Assembly: GCA_002104905.1 (NCBI GenBank)
Contig: MCFE01000348.1
Span: 1-64,000, forward strand
Direction of reading: 5' to 3'
Source: Basidiobolus meristosporus CBS 931.73
Lineage: Eukaryota; Fungi; Basidiobolomycota
DNA: 64,000 nt
Shown in pieces: positions 51,587 through 63,409 of this stretch; position 1 is the first letter of the stretch, and each line of letters begins with the position of its first letter. The notes below the pieces were generated by a model that had not been told where the DNA came from, did not search any database, and saw only the letters and a list, made by a program, of their open reading frames with translations. A program made the translations under genes and the position numbers.

Positions 51587-52950
51587 TGGTGTCAGAAAGC
51601 ACTTGGGTAAGGGATGGTAAGGCTTAAAGGCAATGATTGAGGTATCCAAGTAGATAAAGTAAATAGGTTGAAGTACCAAGCTTAAAACATAATAGCTACT
51701 TGCAAAGTTGACATTGGCACCTTGTATGTATTGCATTCCACTATACACATAGCACAGCTAGTGGCCCATAATTGGGACAATATGAAAGAAGGCTTGGAGG
51801 TACTTTTGGCAAGCCTTAAGTCATTTGGATAGGCTTGAGGCATCCATCAGTAATCAGTGCCTTCAGTAACTCAGGGAAACCAAGATATCCAACAAGCCAG
51901 CCCTGAGGTAAGTATGGCAGACCCTGATAACTTTGCTGAGTCCAGAATATGGTGGTCAGCACAGTGTATTGATGGTCCTCTATTTTGATTGCCTCATGAT
52001 GTAAGTTGCAAAAAGGCCTGGGTTGTCTTGTAGCCATACAAGAGCTCCTCAGTTGGAAAGGGACATATCCTGAATAAGCAGCCTCCACTTGCAAAGTATA
52101 CTCATATCTGAGTCCATCCCAGCCTTGGTCATACCTATCACCACTCTCTAGCTTGGCTACCATTGATGGCATTGGGGACAAGCTACAGGAACAACTTAGA
52201 CTTGTGCTTCATGAGGCAATGGTCTATGCAAGACTCCAATAGGGTGAGCAGGGAGGAGCCAACCACAAGGCTGTGGAGCCATGTGGCCTCAATTTGGTAA
52301 GCCTAGGGAGCAATCGGAAGCTACTGTGGTAGCTTTTGGTAAAGAATGTGGAATCCTGGAGAAGTTCATGGATGAACACCCTTTGGCAAACTTCCCTCGG
52401 GCTATTGTGCACCCAGGAGGGCACCGTGGACAGCATCAATGTTTACACGCTACTCGGGTACTTCAGGGACTGGAGCGATGCAAATAAAGCCGGACCACCC
52501 CGCATCCAAATGCTGTCCATGGCTATTGAGGGGTGAGCGTGGGTGGACTTTCTGCTGGGGAACCCGAATGCGGCACCTGGACTTGCCTGAGAGGTGGGTC
52601 AGGAGATGGAGGTAATGCTTCGCGAGCTGGTTACCAACAGTGGGCCCATTGGTGGAATCCCTTTACTGGACATCGGGCAGCCCTGCTGCATGCAGGTAAA
52701 TGGGTAGATTGCATGGCTAGAGCACGATCTGCCACGGTCGAAGCGAAGCTCCCGGCATCAATGGATGTGCAGTGACTCCAGGAACATGCACCAGGCGCCG
52801 CGATACGCACCATGTGGAGCTTCTGGCAGCGGACCATGCTCATTCAACGTAGCCCCAACCACATGTGCATTCGGACGCAACTCGATCATGGACCGGAGCT
52901 CACTTTATTCGGGAAATGTACAGAATTTACAATGGGGAGAAGGATCCGAC
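51587..52950 (+). mobile_element. Possible very degenerate Gypsy relic
   Basis: PBS-like TGGTGTCAGAA (tRNA-Leu type) at 51587, gag-like 'SMADPDNF' at about 51915, and a weak integrase-like 'SDATRSWTGAHFIREMYRIYNG' at about 52870. Confidence 0.3.
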
Positions 52951-52988
52951 CAGCAGACCACGAGGGGGGAGCTCGCCCGCGACAAGGA

Positions 52989-53477
52989 TCATCTGCGAGA
53001 GAGGTACCAACTGATGACACCCAGGGTAAACCCGAGGATAAGTAGGGAGATGACGGAGATCATCCGGTTGTACAGCCGCCAGCGAGTCTCCAACTTGCTC
53101 TGGGGACGCTTGGGGTAGATCGAGCCTAGCCACCAGCATGGGAAGAACAGGAATCCTAGCAAGAAGAGCACCCCACCCAGGGGGATCTTGGTAGGTGCCT
53201 GGACGACCGGGGTGATCTCGATCTCAAAGTCGTCGGAATGGCGTGCTGAGGGTGGTTGGAGAGTGATAATGGGTTGGGGGAAGGCACTTGCACGATAGGT
53301 GGACGAGACCGGGGTGGATTTGTAGGCGATGGAACTGGACCGCAAAAAATTCGCCGTCACTTCGTATTCCAGAGTGCCCGGATCGAAGCGAGACTCCGGA
53401 GCCGCTGGCCGGGAGTGGAATCCCATGGCTGGAGAAGGGGTACGGAGGACGGATGAGTGTTTCTCATCGCTGGGCAT
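52989..53477 (-). CDS. Small two-TM membrane protein, uncharacterised
   Basis: Intact 162-aa ORF with a Ser/Pro-rich N-terminus, 'LFLLGFLFFPCWWLG...RWR.YNR..S', and a second hydrophobic helix at the C-terminus. Confidence 0.75.
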   Translation of the reverse strand: MPSDEKHSSVLRTPSPAMGFHSRPAAPESRFDPGTLEYEVTANFLRSSSIAYKSTPVSSTYRASAFPQPIITLQPPSARHSDDFEIEITPVVQAPTKIPLGGVLFLLGFLFFPCWWLGSIYPKRPQSKLETRWRLYNRMISVISLLILGFTLGVISWYLSRR

Positions 53478-54960
53478 TCTTTCGAAATCTACACTGGGAG
53501 ATGGCGACGAGGACTATGATTCGGTCGGGTCTGGGAGAGAGGTCCATCCCCTATTTATAGTGACGACGGGCTGCCGGGTTCATTGTGAAGTGACCAACCT
53601 ACAGGGAACTGCATGAGGTGTGAGGAACGAGTGATTTGGACAAATTGGTTCCCTCAGCGCAAATAAGGGCGTAGCCCCGTATGCACGCGCTACGTCGGAA
53701 TAGTCACCCCACGCGCAGTAGTAACAAAGATCCTCTTGGAGAATACGATGCGGCGGTCAACTGATCATTAGCCGTCGGTGGGACATTCTCCAGTCATCCA
53801 TCCACCAGAGTATTGACCTCTACGTGGAGCCGATGGAACCAATGGTTCATCCGGATTTGGCAACACCTTCTTTGATCAAAGCAGTTACATGGGCGGAGCT
53901 TATGTGGGTTTAACTTGGTCATCAATAGGTTGGTTTCTTGGTTAAGGCGCTGGATCAACGGATCATCAATCCCATGAAATCCCTGATTGGAATGGCACCA
54001 CATAATACGATGGTTCGTTCCCACAACTCGTTTGCCGCTCATTCTGGTATGCCCCACGGTCGAAGAAAAGTTCCGGAACATTAGACTGGGACGAGACGAG
54101 GTCCGAAGCGACCAACTGGCATTTGCCGAAGCGCAGTCCTTTCAAGAATCTCAGGCCCACCCTGCTGAACTGAGTCACCGGATTGCATGGTAGGTCACGC
54201 AAGCTCAGTGACCCGATCGTAAATGAATGAACTCTCAACCCCCGCCCAACACCCTCAAGGGAGGGAAATGAAATGCAATCCTCTCCACATGTGCTAATTG
54301 CCTAAAGCCAAGGGAAGCAGGTGGGTTGTGGTTCAGAGGGTTCGATGATCCGATCGGGCTCTGGCAAGTCGGCAAATCTCCGTTACACCAAAGAGATGGA
54401 GTTCTTCCGCGGGACCGGATTAGGCAGCGGCCATTCAGGTCTAGTCTCAGATGGGGGTGCTGTCGCTCATGACATCTTCTTGTTTCTGGCAATCTTCCCA
54501 GCATTTATCCGAGCCGAGATGAAAAGGTTATCTGGGATGGAGTTATCTCCGAGACATGGGGGACTTCGTTCCTGGCCACACGTACCAGTCATCAAACCGG
54601 TATTTCTCTCCACACGCAACCGATTGCAAGTCCACCATCACACGAACTGATTCAATGGAAGTTCATCTCAGCTTGAAACCGATCGTCCGAAATGGCAGGG
54701 GATTTCTTCGAAGGGAAACATTCGTTTCTTGGTAAGTCGGACGGGGCGCTTCACGGGGATGGCAATCCTTGGTAAGCATGACTGGGGATAAGGAGCAAAA
54801 TTGGCGGATTTGGAATTGGGTTTCACTGGGTTTATTGAGAATACTTTTGGGGAGAGGGAGAGAGGGGATATCATACACTACGAACTAGTGAGGAATGAGA
54901 TTAATTGAAAATGGGATGAAAATGAACCATGATCTGGTGAATGAGTGTGGTGGTGGGGGA

Positions 54961-55688
54961 TTAGGCATCTGCTTTAACGTGGCCCAATGGCAACACGATG
55001 TATGATGATTCCCTGGTGATGATGGCGGCGGCTGCGTTGTACCAGGCGATGAATGCGGTGATGAGACCGAACCATCCGGCGACATTGTTCACCTTGCTCA
55101 TGCTGGCAAAGTGGCCGATGGTCAAGAGAAGGAAGGTCAGGGATAGGAAGAAGAAGAGGGCGAACATGGCGCGGGCGGCCTTCAACGTTCCCAAAGTCAT
55201 GATCACAGTGAAAATCGTCCATCCTGGGGGATGCGAGGGTGAATAAATGCTAGGTTTGCAGGCGACGAATGCGGAATACTTACCCAACAAGAAGAATCCA
55301 AGAGCAGTGTTGAGTTTACCATCGGTGTAGGCGGCGCCTATGTCGAAGGCAGGGGAAAGAATGGCCGCGAAAGAAAGCCAGAAGCCTCCGTAGGATGAGA
55401 AGGCAGTGGCACCGAACACATTGCCACACTTGAATTCCCACATCCCGGCTAGGAGCTAGATTACAAAAGATTGGGGAGGATGAGTGGCGTATTGAGCAAC
55501 ATCAGGACCATTGAGCTACCAACCTGACAGAGTCCACCGTAGAAGAATGCGAGGCCGATGACAACGTTGGGGGTGTTGGTAGCGATGCCAGTGTTTACGA
55601 GCGAGAGTACAAAGGTGGTAAGCGCAAACCCAGAAAGCCCCAATGGAGCGGGGTTGGCAATAGGCTTAGCAGAGTATTCAGCAACCAT
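54961..55688 (-). CDS. GPR1/FUN34/YaaH (Ady2/SatP) acetate/ammonium transporter, 3 exons, 199 aa
   Basis: Exons 55688-55524, 55455-55284 and 55223-54961 splice in frame with GT-AG. Signature '[11 protein letters not shown]', '[28 protein letters not shown]' and 'AWYNA'. Confidence 0.95.
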
Positions 55689-56561
55689 TGTAGAAAAAGA
55701 GAAGCGCTTTGGAGAGAGAGAGAAAGACTGGGTTGTTTGATTTTTCAGTCGAGCCAACCGGCATATATATAGTTGATTTGCAGACTAGGACTAAAGCAAC
55801 GCTTCGAGTCATACAAAACACCATTAGTCTAACCTTGGTTAATTGTTCACGCTGCGCCTCACATGATTGCCATACAATCCACAAAGCAATGGTATCAAGA
55901 ACTCAGGTGATGATGTCTATAGACAAGTCTCACACACAGTGACACCAGCAATGCAGATGAATCTCACTTCGCTGTATCTAGATCCCCTCAGGAGTGTAAC
56001 CCAGCTGCATCTTGGCCATCACAGGTGCCACCAAAAAAGCCCGTTCTCTCTTCATCATTGGGTGGGACGACGGAGAGATGGGATGCTTTGGTTTTCGACG
56101 ATCTTTTTGTGGCAAAGTAGGATATTTCTGAGGCTGTGTCGTGAGCAAGGCAGGTGTTGTCAGCTTATGACCAGCTTGAGTAATTAATTTGTGGGGGGTT
56201 CGTGAAGATTGCACATGACGCTGATTGATCTTAGGTAGAGATTTGGTAATTTCCAGTAATTCTCCATATGAGGCAGCCCTTCACTTTCCCACAGACATGG
56301 CTAAACCATTGCTCTCTAAGGCTCTGGGAAACAATGCGGCGAAATAAGCTCCATTTTATCCAAAGTGCCTTAGGGCTAGCCTGGCTTGACAAGCGACTCA
56401 TATTCTCATATTGTCTTTCGAGCACCCACACCTAATGTATTACCTGCAGTCATTTGTTCGTGCAGTCTTACAACCATCTATTGATCATTGGTGCTGGACA
56501 GTTGGGTTTATTCATATATGGATCCTGATTATTTACATTTGTATATGAACGCTACTGATTA

Positions 56562-57344
56562 TCAGTGTGGCTCAGGGATGATCGTGACAAATCCATTTGG
56601 ATCGACCAGCTCAGGCTTGTTGAGAGGCTCCGTATTGTTTCGATTCTTGATCCCTCGGCGTTTACGCAGATAGAACACGAGAAAAACGGCGCCTATGGAG
56701 CCTACGACCCCAAGGCCGATCAGGATATATCCCCAGACGGGGAAGCGGTTAAAGTCGTCGGTATCGGTGCAGATTTTTTTACGGTCGCTGCAGTTGTTCG
56801 AGAAACACTGACGATCCTCTTGGCAGTTCTCCCCATTGTTGTACGAGGGGATGCATTGCAAGGATAGACTGTTGCAGAATGTCCCCTTCACACAGTTGTC
56901 CCGGGTGACTCCGACGAGGGTTGCGTTATCAAGATTACACGTCTGGTTTAGCTGGACTTCTTTGAGGACGCAGCGTTGACTTAGACATACGCTGGCTTTC
57001 CCGGCGCACGAATCGTCTCTTCCGGGCGAGCAGGCGTCTCCGGTCTTGATTTTAGGCAGGCATTTCAGTTGATCATCGGGACAAAATTCCGACTCAGCAT
57101 TGCATAAGGCAGGCTGCTTCCATTCCGCTGGCCACCCCAGCGGAGACTCGTTGAATTTGCACCCTTTCAATGTACACTGGTTGTTTGCGGGATCGCAGGC
57201 TAGTGTGTAATTGTGGCAAGGCCCCTTCTCATGCAATTGAATATTGGGATTGGGCGAGCATGTGTCGCCTATATTCGACGCTGAGACGAGAGTACAAATG
57301 CCGATGAACCAAACCCATTTGCCAGGCAAGCCGATGCTATGCAT
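56562..57344 (-). CDS. Cys-rich type I membrane protein (signal peptide, multi-Cys ectodomain, one TM, basic stop-transfer)
   Basis: ATG at 57344 (MHSIG...), more than 20 Cys, several N-X-S/T sites, TM 'WGYILIGLGVVGSIGAVFLVFYL' followed by RKRR. Confidence 0.85.
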   Translation of the reverse strand: MHSIGLPGKWVWFIGICTLVSASNIGDTCSPNPNIQLHEKGPCHNYTLACDPANNQCTLKGCKFNESPLGWPAEWKQPALCNAESEFCPDDQLKCLPKIKTGDACSPGRDDSCAGKASVCLSQRCVLKEVQLNQTCNLDNATLVGVTRDNCVKGTFCNSLSLQCIPSYNNGENCQEDRQCFSNNCSDRKKICTDTDDFNRFPVWGYILIGLGVVGSIGAVFLVFYLRKRRGIKNRNNTEPLNKPELVDPNGFVTIIPEPH

Positions 57345-57993
57345 TAGGGCGTTTTCAAATGATTCCTGCACGAGAAGGGTAAATCTCTGGGAGGAGCGCT
57401 GGTTTCTTATGGACGTAGCTTCTCCAAAAAGCGCCACCTAGAAGGAGGTTTAAATGACAACTGCGAGCTCAATCTTGAACCAACCGGTTGACTTATATAA
57501 TCTGAGTGGGATTATTCACGACAATGGACATTGATGAGGAGGCATTCGACTTGCTCGCCCTTCACCTCGTCGTCATAATCCATTGTACGCTAGCCATCCT
57601 CCGACGATCGGAGACTTTTACGCTTTTCTGATTGTTTCTATACAGCTACGCGTATTTGCAGTTTTGGGAAATGGCATGATCGACTGATAAGAAGGCATCC
57701 ATCTATCCATCCAGATATGGAGCAAGTCATTTCATCAAAATCGAAATGGATGCACACCAAAAATTCTTTCAGGTGGATACAGGGCAGGCAGATGGTTGGG
57801 TGAATTCGACGATCCCTCTCGATGGCTAGCCCAATAGGCGGTGGCCGCCCTAAAGCGCACGAAACGTGGTGTGGCTTGATGTGGGCTGATAAGAAGCCGA
57901 TAACTCAAAATTGTCCGAGTTAAACTTTATTGGGCAATATATAAGCTCCTCCCTACTGACCGCGTTTCGTTTCCGACGTATCGCTTGAGGAAA

Positions 57994-58799
57994 ATGGGCT
58001 CGCAAATCTTGGTTCAACGTTCGAACACCAAGCTATCCTGTCAGCAAACGGCTCAACATCCCACTCTCAAACTAACCTCTCGGCAAAGGGTTCAGCTCTG
58101 GATGAAAGCCATAAAGCACGCGCAAGTAGACCAAGTCAAGAGTCTGTTGAAGCGCTATCCTGGCCTCATTCGGGCCCAGGTTGCGGAGAAAATCCCTTAC
58201 CCGACCAGCATCCCGGCCGACGTCATACAGATCCTGGGCGAAGATACACATAATCTGACCGGCCTTCACTATTCGCTTCTCTACATGATTGCGGAAAAAT
58301 CCCGGAAGGCCAACACCTTGAAAACATCCAAAACCTTCGAGGCAAGAAGCTGCATAGTTGCCCTTTTGATCGAGGTAGGCTTGTTCTTGCTAGGAACTGA
58401 ACAGAATCACCCGGAAACTTACTGAGATCATGGTTATAGCACTCAACATCCGGTGATATCAACGATCTGTGCTGGGGTTTTGCCAACACGGCAATGCACT
58501 TGGCCGCACTGACCGGCGATGAAAGTGTCATCTACAATATTTTGAACAAGGGTGGAGAGTCCGGTGCATCCAACCTGTTTGGCATTTCTGCGCTTGATAT
58601 CATTGACAACACGCGGAACTTACAGGCCTCATGGATTCACCACAGTACTGGTGACAGTAAGCAGCATTCATCAACTAGACAAGAGAGCTTCGATTGCGCA
58701 GAGCGTAGAGGCCGCAGTCGCCAATGCAAACCCCTTAATGATACTGTAAAATATTTTCGTGGTGAATCTGACACTGACTTCAATAGGATGTTTTATTGA
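57994..58799 (+). CDS. Ankyrin-repeat protein; 3' exon structure uncertain
   Basis: Exon 57994-58374, GT-AG intron 58375-58439, then 'NTAMHLAALTGDESVIYNILNKGG...NLFGISALD'. Confidence 0.75.
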
Positions 58800-59048
58800 G
58801 GTGAGGTGAGCAATATCAAACCACAAGAGATCGTCCTTCTTTGGGCGATACCAAGCCAGGCTGCGTCCTTCGCAACGCACAAGAGGTTGTACTTCTGGCC
58901 AAGACAGCCGTGGATCCGACTACCAAGTTCAGATCCATCCGAAATCAGTGATTCATGCATTTACTTAGACAATAAAACAATCCACTTCCCATAAGATCTC
59001 CCAAATATTGACCATTGGATTTTTCAATTTCCTCTCTTGTCTCCGACC

Positions 59049-60215
59049 ATGTCGCAACGCTCTTTGGGAGAAAGCTCGTATCAAGCCTCGCAAAGGAATG
59101 AGCCTTCCACCGACCCGTACTTCGACCCCACCTACGCCACAAAGATCGGTTCTTACCTGACCGATTTCGACTCTCTACTTAACCAAGTCACTGAAGCATA
59201 CGGCCACCTGACCGAGGCAGCGGTCGATCTTGAAAACATCAATGACGAGGTAGTGAGGCCAACCCAGCTTTCCTGAAGCACCGGCACCTAACCAGCTCGA
59301 ACCTCCCCCAGGTCCAGCCCTTAGATGACGGGGTAAAAAAGGTGATCGACGTCGAAGCGCAGCTTAAACTTCAGCAACGACTGTTAAACGACATCAAGAT
59401 GAGGATTTCCCGCGGCGAACAGATAGTAAGGAACCAGCACCACAGAAGCCTCTCACCCCATCAACCCACGATTTTTCTTACCTCTGTGTCTTCTCTCAAG
59501 CCAAGTCTGGTGCAGCACTTCAAAAACGAATACAGAAACGCGCTCCGAAAGTGGAACGAGCGCACCGAGGATGTCCGGTATCTAAACAACGAGAACTATC
59601 TCGACTTCAAAGCGAAAGTCTGGGTATGGCTCCCCGACCTCCCTTGGATTGCCCGAACTCGGCAACTTAAATCTAGACTTGAATATATGTAGGAGGTGAA
59701 CCATCCCAACGATCCCATGCCCCCTTTGGTCGATGATGGAGAGCAAGACGAGGACATCATGGTTATGAGCACCTCGACCGTGACGCTGAAATGCCCCATC
59801 ACCACCACTTATCTTGAAGATCCAGTCACAAGGTGCTGTAAAGCAACACTAGGCAGCATGGCTTGGAACCACGTCTAACCAATTCTTCAGTCAAGTGTGC
59901 AAACATAGTTTCTCGAAGGAGGCCATCGTAACCCATATCCGTCGAACACAAACCACGGCTGCCGCCTGTCCAGTTTCAGGTCCGGTATTTATCAACGTGA
60001 GCCATGCGTCGAGCATATATTCATTTTGTCCACAGGGTGCAACAAGTTCATCAAGATCTCGGACCTGAAGCCCAACAAGTCGTTGGCCCGCAGAGTGAAG
60101 CAGCATTTACAATCGCAGGGGGAGGAAGAGGAGGAGGAGGAGGTAAGGGACCACGCGTTCCCATTCTCGAGTGAACACCCGGCTAACCCCTTTTCAGTAC
60201 ATGGATGTAGAGTAG
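59049..60215 (+). CDS. NSE2: SP-RING SUMO E3 ligase of the Smc5/6 complex, 6 exons
   Basis: Spliced product contains 'LKCPITTTYLEDPVTSQVCKHSFSKEAI...CPVSGCNK' and an acidic tail (zf-Nse / Mms21 signature). Introns start at 59250, 59624, about 59833, about 59982 and about 60142. Confidence 0.92.
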
Positions 60216-60400
60216 CTGGAGATTTGTACATAAATATAGATTTGATTGCTTTTCCCATCAATTCCCATCAATTCAATAAACCTTGCTTAAAAATCTCCAT
60301 TGATTGATCAATCTTCCGGATCTTGTCAAATGGCGACCTGGTGAGTGGTTATGCATAATACCCACCATTCCATCATCCATCCTTGGGTATAGTCTTTGAG

Positions 60401-62056
60401 ATGTCAGAGGTAGATGATTACTTCCACACTCTAATCGAGTCCACCGTCGGACCTTCTCAGAAGGAACTCGTAAAGGAAGATTGGTGCAAAGAATATCTAG
60501 ACCATCTGACGGGTCTGTCCCTGAATGAGCTACGCGAAGAGCCGGTGTTGCTAGAGAAACGGGAGAAAGAGGTGACCGAAGAGCTCAAGGAGCTGGCGAA
60601 ACGAGAATACTTGGGCTTTGTCAGCGTTTACTCCTCTTCCGAAACAGTGTCCAGCACCCTCTCGACCATCGACCACAAATTAAATAGCCTACTCTCGGTG
60701 TTGCCCTCGCTGGAGAAGTCGTACGTCTCCTTCAACGCCGAGGTGACCAGCATCCAGGCCGACCGCAGCAAGTTATCCCTGATACTGAACAACTACAACA
60801 ACCTGCTGGAGGTTCTGGAGATCCCTCAGTTGATAGATACTTGCGTAAGAAATGGCTACTACGCCGAGGCTTTGGAGCTCTCTTCACATGTCAGGCGCTT
60901 GTGCCTACGACACCCGACTGTAGATTTGCTCGAGCAGGTCTCCCAATCTGTAGAGAAGTCCATCGCCCACATGCTGTCGCAATTGCTGGTACTTCTACGC
61001 GGACCAATCAAGCTTCCCCTCTGTTTACGGGTGATTGGATTTTTGCGACGTATGGAGGTTTTCGACGAGGCGGAGCTTCGAGTGCTGTTCTTGAAGTCGA
61101 GAGACGCCTACTTTGAGCAGCTCGTCCACGAGCTCTCGGTGGAGATGATCGACCCGGTGAAGTTCCTGCGCAGATATATCGACCTGTGCAGAGACGAGTA
61201 CTTCGACATCGTGAGCCAATACCAGGCCATCTTTGCGGAAGAGGATTTGGACCCGAATGAACGAACCTCGACCAAGGTCATCTGCTCCGACTATATATCG
61301 CAGATTGTTGTTCGATTCACCGCCACCCTTACCAAGCACACATCCGCCATCCACGACATAAGCGCGCTCTCCTCCCTACTGACGCAGGCAATGTTCTGCG
61401 GCATGTCTTTGGGCCGCATCGGACTGGACTTTCGTCAGATCATCGGGAGCATCTTTGAACGCCGAGTCAGTGTGATCGTTAAGGAATTGATCGTCGACGG
61501 GACCGAGGAGTTCCAGCGGGAGATCGAGGAGGTGATGAAGAAGAACGTCTCATGGCTGACCAACAACAAGGCTCTCACTACCGAACCGGCCAAGACCACC
61601 AGCAGATCCGTGTTTGCACCACCCACCTCGTTGGTGAACTTCCCACCGCTCGCCCGACTCACCAACGCGTTCCTTTCCGCCTTCAACTCGCTGCGCTTAC
61701 TGGCCCCCATCTCGATCATGAGAGATCTGAGCATCCAGATCGACCACTCCCTGATGGACGCAACCAAATCCATCCAGTCCTACGCCGCTCACAAGTCGGA
61801 CATCTGGTCGAGTCGGCCGGAGGAGAAGGCGATCTTCGAGAGATTCTGCGAGCTGTTCGTCAACTCGTTCATCCCGTACATCAAGCGATGCTTCGTCGAG
61901 GGGGTGTACGCCGACATCCTCTTCACCGAAGCGAAGGCAAGAGACATCCTCCCGGTTGAGCCGATCCTGGAGGTGTTGGGAGGCTACATCAAGCCACCCG
62001 CCAACAACTCACCCACCACCGAAGAAACCAACCAACCCACCCTATCTCCTGCATGA
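60401..62056 (+). CDS. COG8: Conserved oligomeric Golgi complex subunit 8 (Dor1 family), single exon
   Basis: 551-aa open frame with 'LLEVLEIPQLIDTCVRNGYYAEALEL', 'QAMFCGMSLGRIGLDFR' and 'LTNAFLSAFNSLRLLAP'. Confidence 0.95.
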   Translation: MSEVDDYFHTLIESTVGPSQKELVKEDWCKEYLDHLTGLSLNELREEPVLLEKREKEVTEELKELAKREYLGFVSVYSSSETVSSTLSTIDHKLNSLLSVLPSLEKSYVSFNAEVTSIQADRSKLSLILNNYNNLLEVLEIPQLIDTCVRNGYYAEALELSSHVRRLCLRHPTVDLLEQVSQSVEKSIAHMLSQLLVLLRGPIKLPLCLRVIGFLRRMEVFDEAELRVLFLKSRDAYFEQLVHELSVEMIDPVKFLRRYIDLCRDEYFDIVSQYQAIFAEEDLDPNERTSTKVICSDYISQIVVRFTATLTKHTSAIHDISALSSLLTQAMFCGMSLGRIGLDFRQIIGSIFERRVSVIVKELIVDGTEEFQREIEEVMKKNVSWLTNNKALTTEPAKTTSRSVFAPPTSLVNFPPLARLTNAFLSAFNSLRLLAPISIMRDLSIQIDHSLMDATKSIQSYAAHKSDIWSSRPEEKAIFERFCELFVNSFIPYIKRCFVEGVYADILFTEAKARDILPVEPILEVLGGYIKPPANNSPTTEETNQPTLSPA

Positions 62057-62175
62057 TAGCCGTTTCCAAATAAACCCGTGTAGCATTGTGAAAAGATGAA
62101 TTATATTATAGAGATGTTACAAGGGCTTGGTACATATAAACATACATAAAACTACAGCGATTTAGATCCACGGCC

Positions 62176-63225
62176 TTAGTAAGCTCGTTCGCAGTCGGGA
62201 AGCATCGCCTCCATGTATGATGGGAGAGTGATGGCGGCTCGAGAGTAGCGCGGTGGCGCATTGTATTGACTACTCAGCTCAGGAACAATCACCACCGGCA
62301 AGCTGGTGCGGATCTTGCTGCGCGCGCCGTAGGCGTCGAGTATCTCGATTTTAGCGGTGATCCGGTGCTCGACCTTGATGAACGAGCTCTGCCCGTCATA
62401 CGACATGATCTTCTTGTCGGGGATGGCCAGGGACCAGGTTTTCTGGAAATCGTCGCCAACGGGAACCTGGGTTTTGTGGGATACCCGGGTGATCACCTTG
62501 CCCCAGGGGCCGAAGTCTCCTTTGCTGGGAACGTGGTAGCTGGTGTTCTGAACGATCCCCCAGCAGACGTTCTTCACGCGCAGGCCAGTGATTAATGGGT
62601 CTATGCTGACCGTGATGTCGATGCTCTCCTTTGGATGGAAGAAGTTCTTGGAGATGGTAAGCTCGTAGTCGAAGCGGTCCTTGCACGTGCCTTTGCTGCT
62701 GGCATGGGTTTGCGAGAAGCTCCAGAGAGAGAAGAGCCGGTGGATATGAATCTTCTTCTCCGCCGTGAGATTCCCAAACAGGCCGGCTTTCTCAGCGACC
62801 CCTTTGAGCTTGTACTCAATAGCTCCGCCCTCCACTTGCATCGAAGGCGGCAGCTCGCTCTTCAAAGGGAGCTCGAAGTTGTATTTGTACTTGCCTGCGG
62901 CAAGCTTCGTTGGTTTGTCCGCGGTGTCCAGGAAAGTCCATGCGTGAGAGATCAGCAACTCTTGATGGGACCCGATGTCTATGAAAAGCATACCGTTAGA
63001 TACACATCATCGCAACGAAAAGTCCACACTGGGGTTACCGCAGGAGCTCTTGTGACTGGAGAGCTTCACTTTCCCTTCGAAGGACAATCGGACGGTTTTC
63101 AGCTTGGTCGTTTCCGATAGGTCGAGCATCAAACAGCCTCGTAGCACGCAGCCAGCCGACTCCTCTGCAGCGCCTAGCATGACTAGGTTGTCCTCGAGTA
63201 CCAATATCGTAAATCGAGAAGACAT
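62176..63225 (-). CDS. Alpha-arrestin (ART-family ubiquitin-ligase adaptor), 2 exons
   Basis: Exons 63225-63039 and 62978-62176. Arrestin_N-type 'GKYKYNFELPLKSELPPSM...IEYKLKG' and C-terminal PY motifs PPRY and LPSY. Confidence 0.92.
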
Positions 63226-63409
63226 TTCTGTAAACGACTTGATGCAGCTAGGGGAGGATTCTTCTTTATCGGTCCTGATAGCCCAAATAAACCTTATAAA
63301 GAAATTAGATCAATCGAAGGCGGACTGATCTCATATTGATTGGGTCATCGGTGGATTCTTTTTGCCGATGGGATATAGCTAGGGGACGGTGGATGGTGGA
63401 TAGGTCTGT

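Noticed and set aside
1-52300. Alternative genetic code or stop-codon readthrough explaining the many in-frame stops
   Set aside because: Stops differ between copies (for example GAG TAA at 9574 and 41657 versus GAG CAA in the 28168 copy), so they are post-insertion C>T mutations.
53620-54900. Additional gene between the 2-TM protein and the transporter
   Set aside because: Several short ORFs occur on both strands, but none has a recognisable motif or a consistent splice model.
60330-60400. Upstream ATG and micro-exon for COG8 (atggcgacctg|gtgagt)
   Set aside because: The donor is phase 2 and no nearby acceptor restores the COG8 frame, so ATG 60401 was kept as the provisional start.
60841-63120. 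Long overlapping or antisense ORFs within COG8 and the arrestin gene
   Set aside because: Shadow frames of GC-rich coding sequence with no independent motifs.
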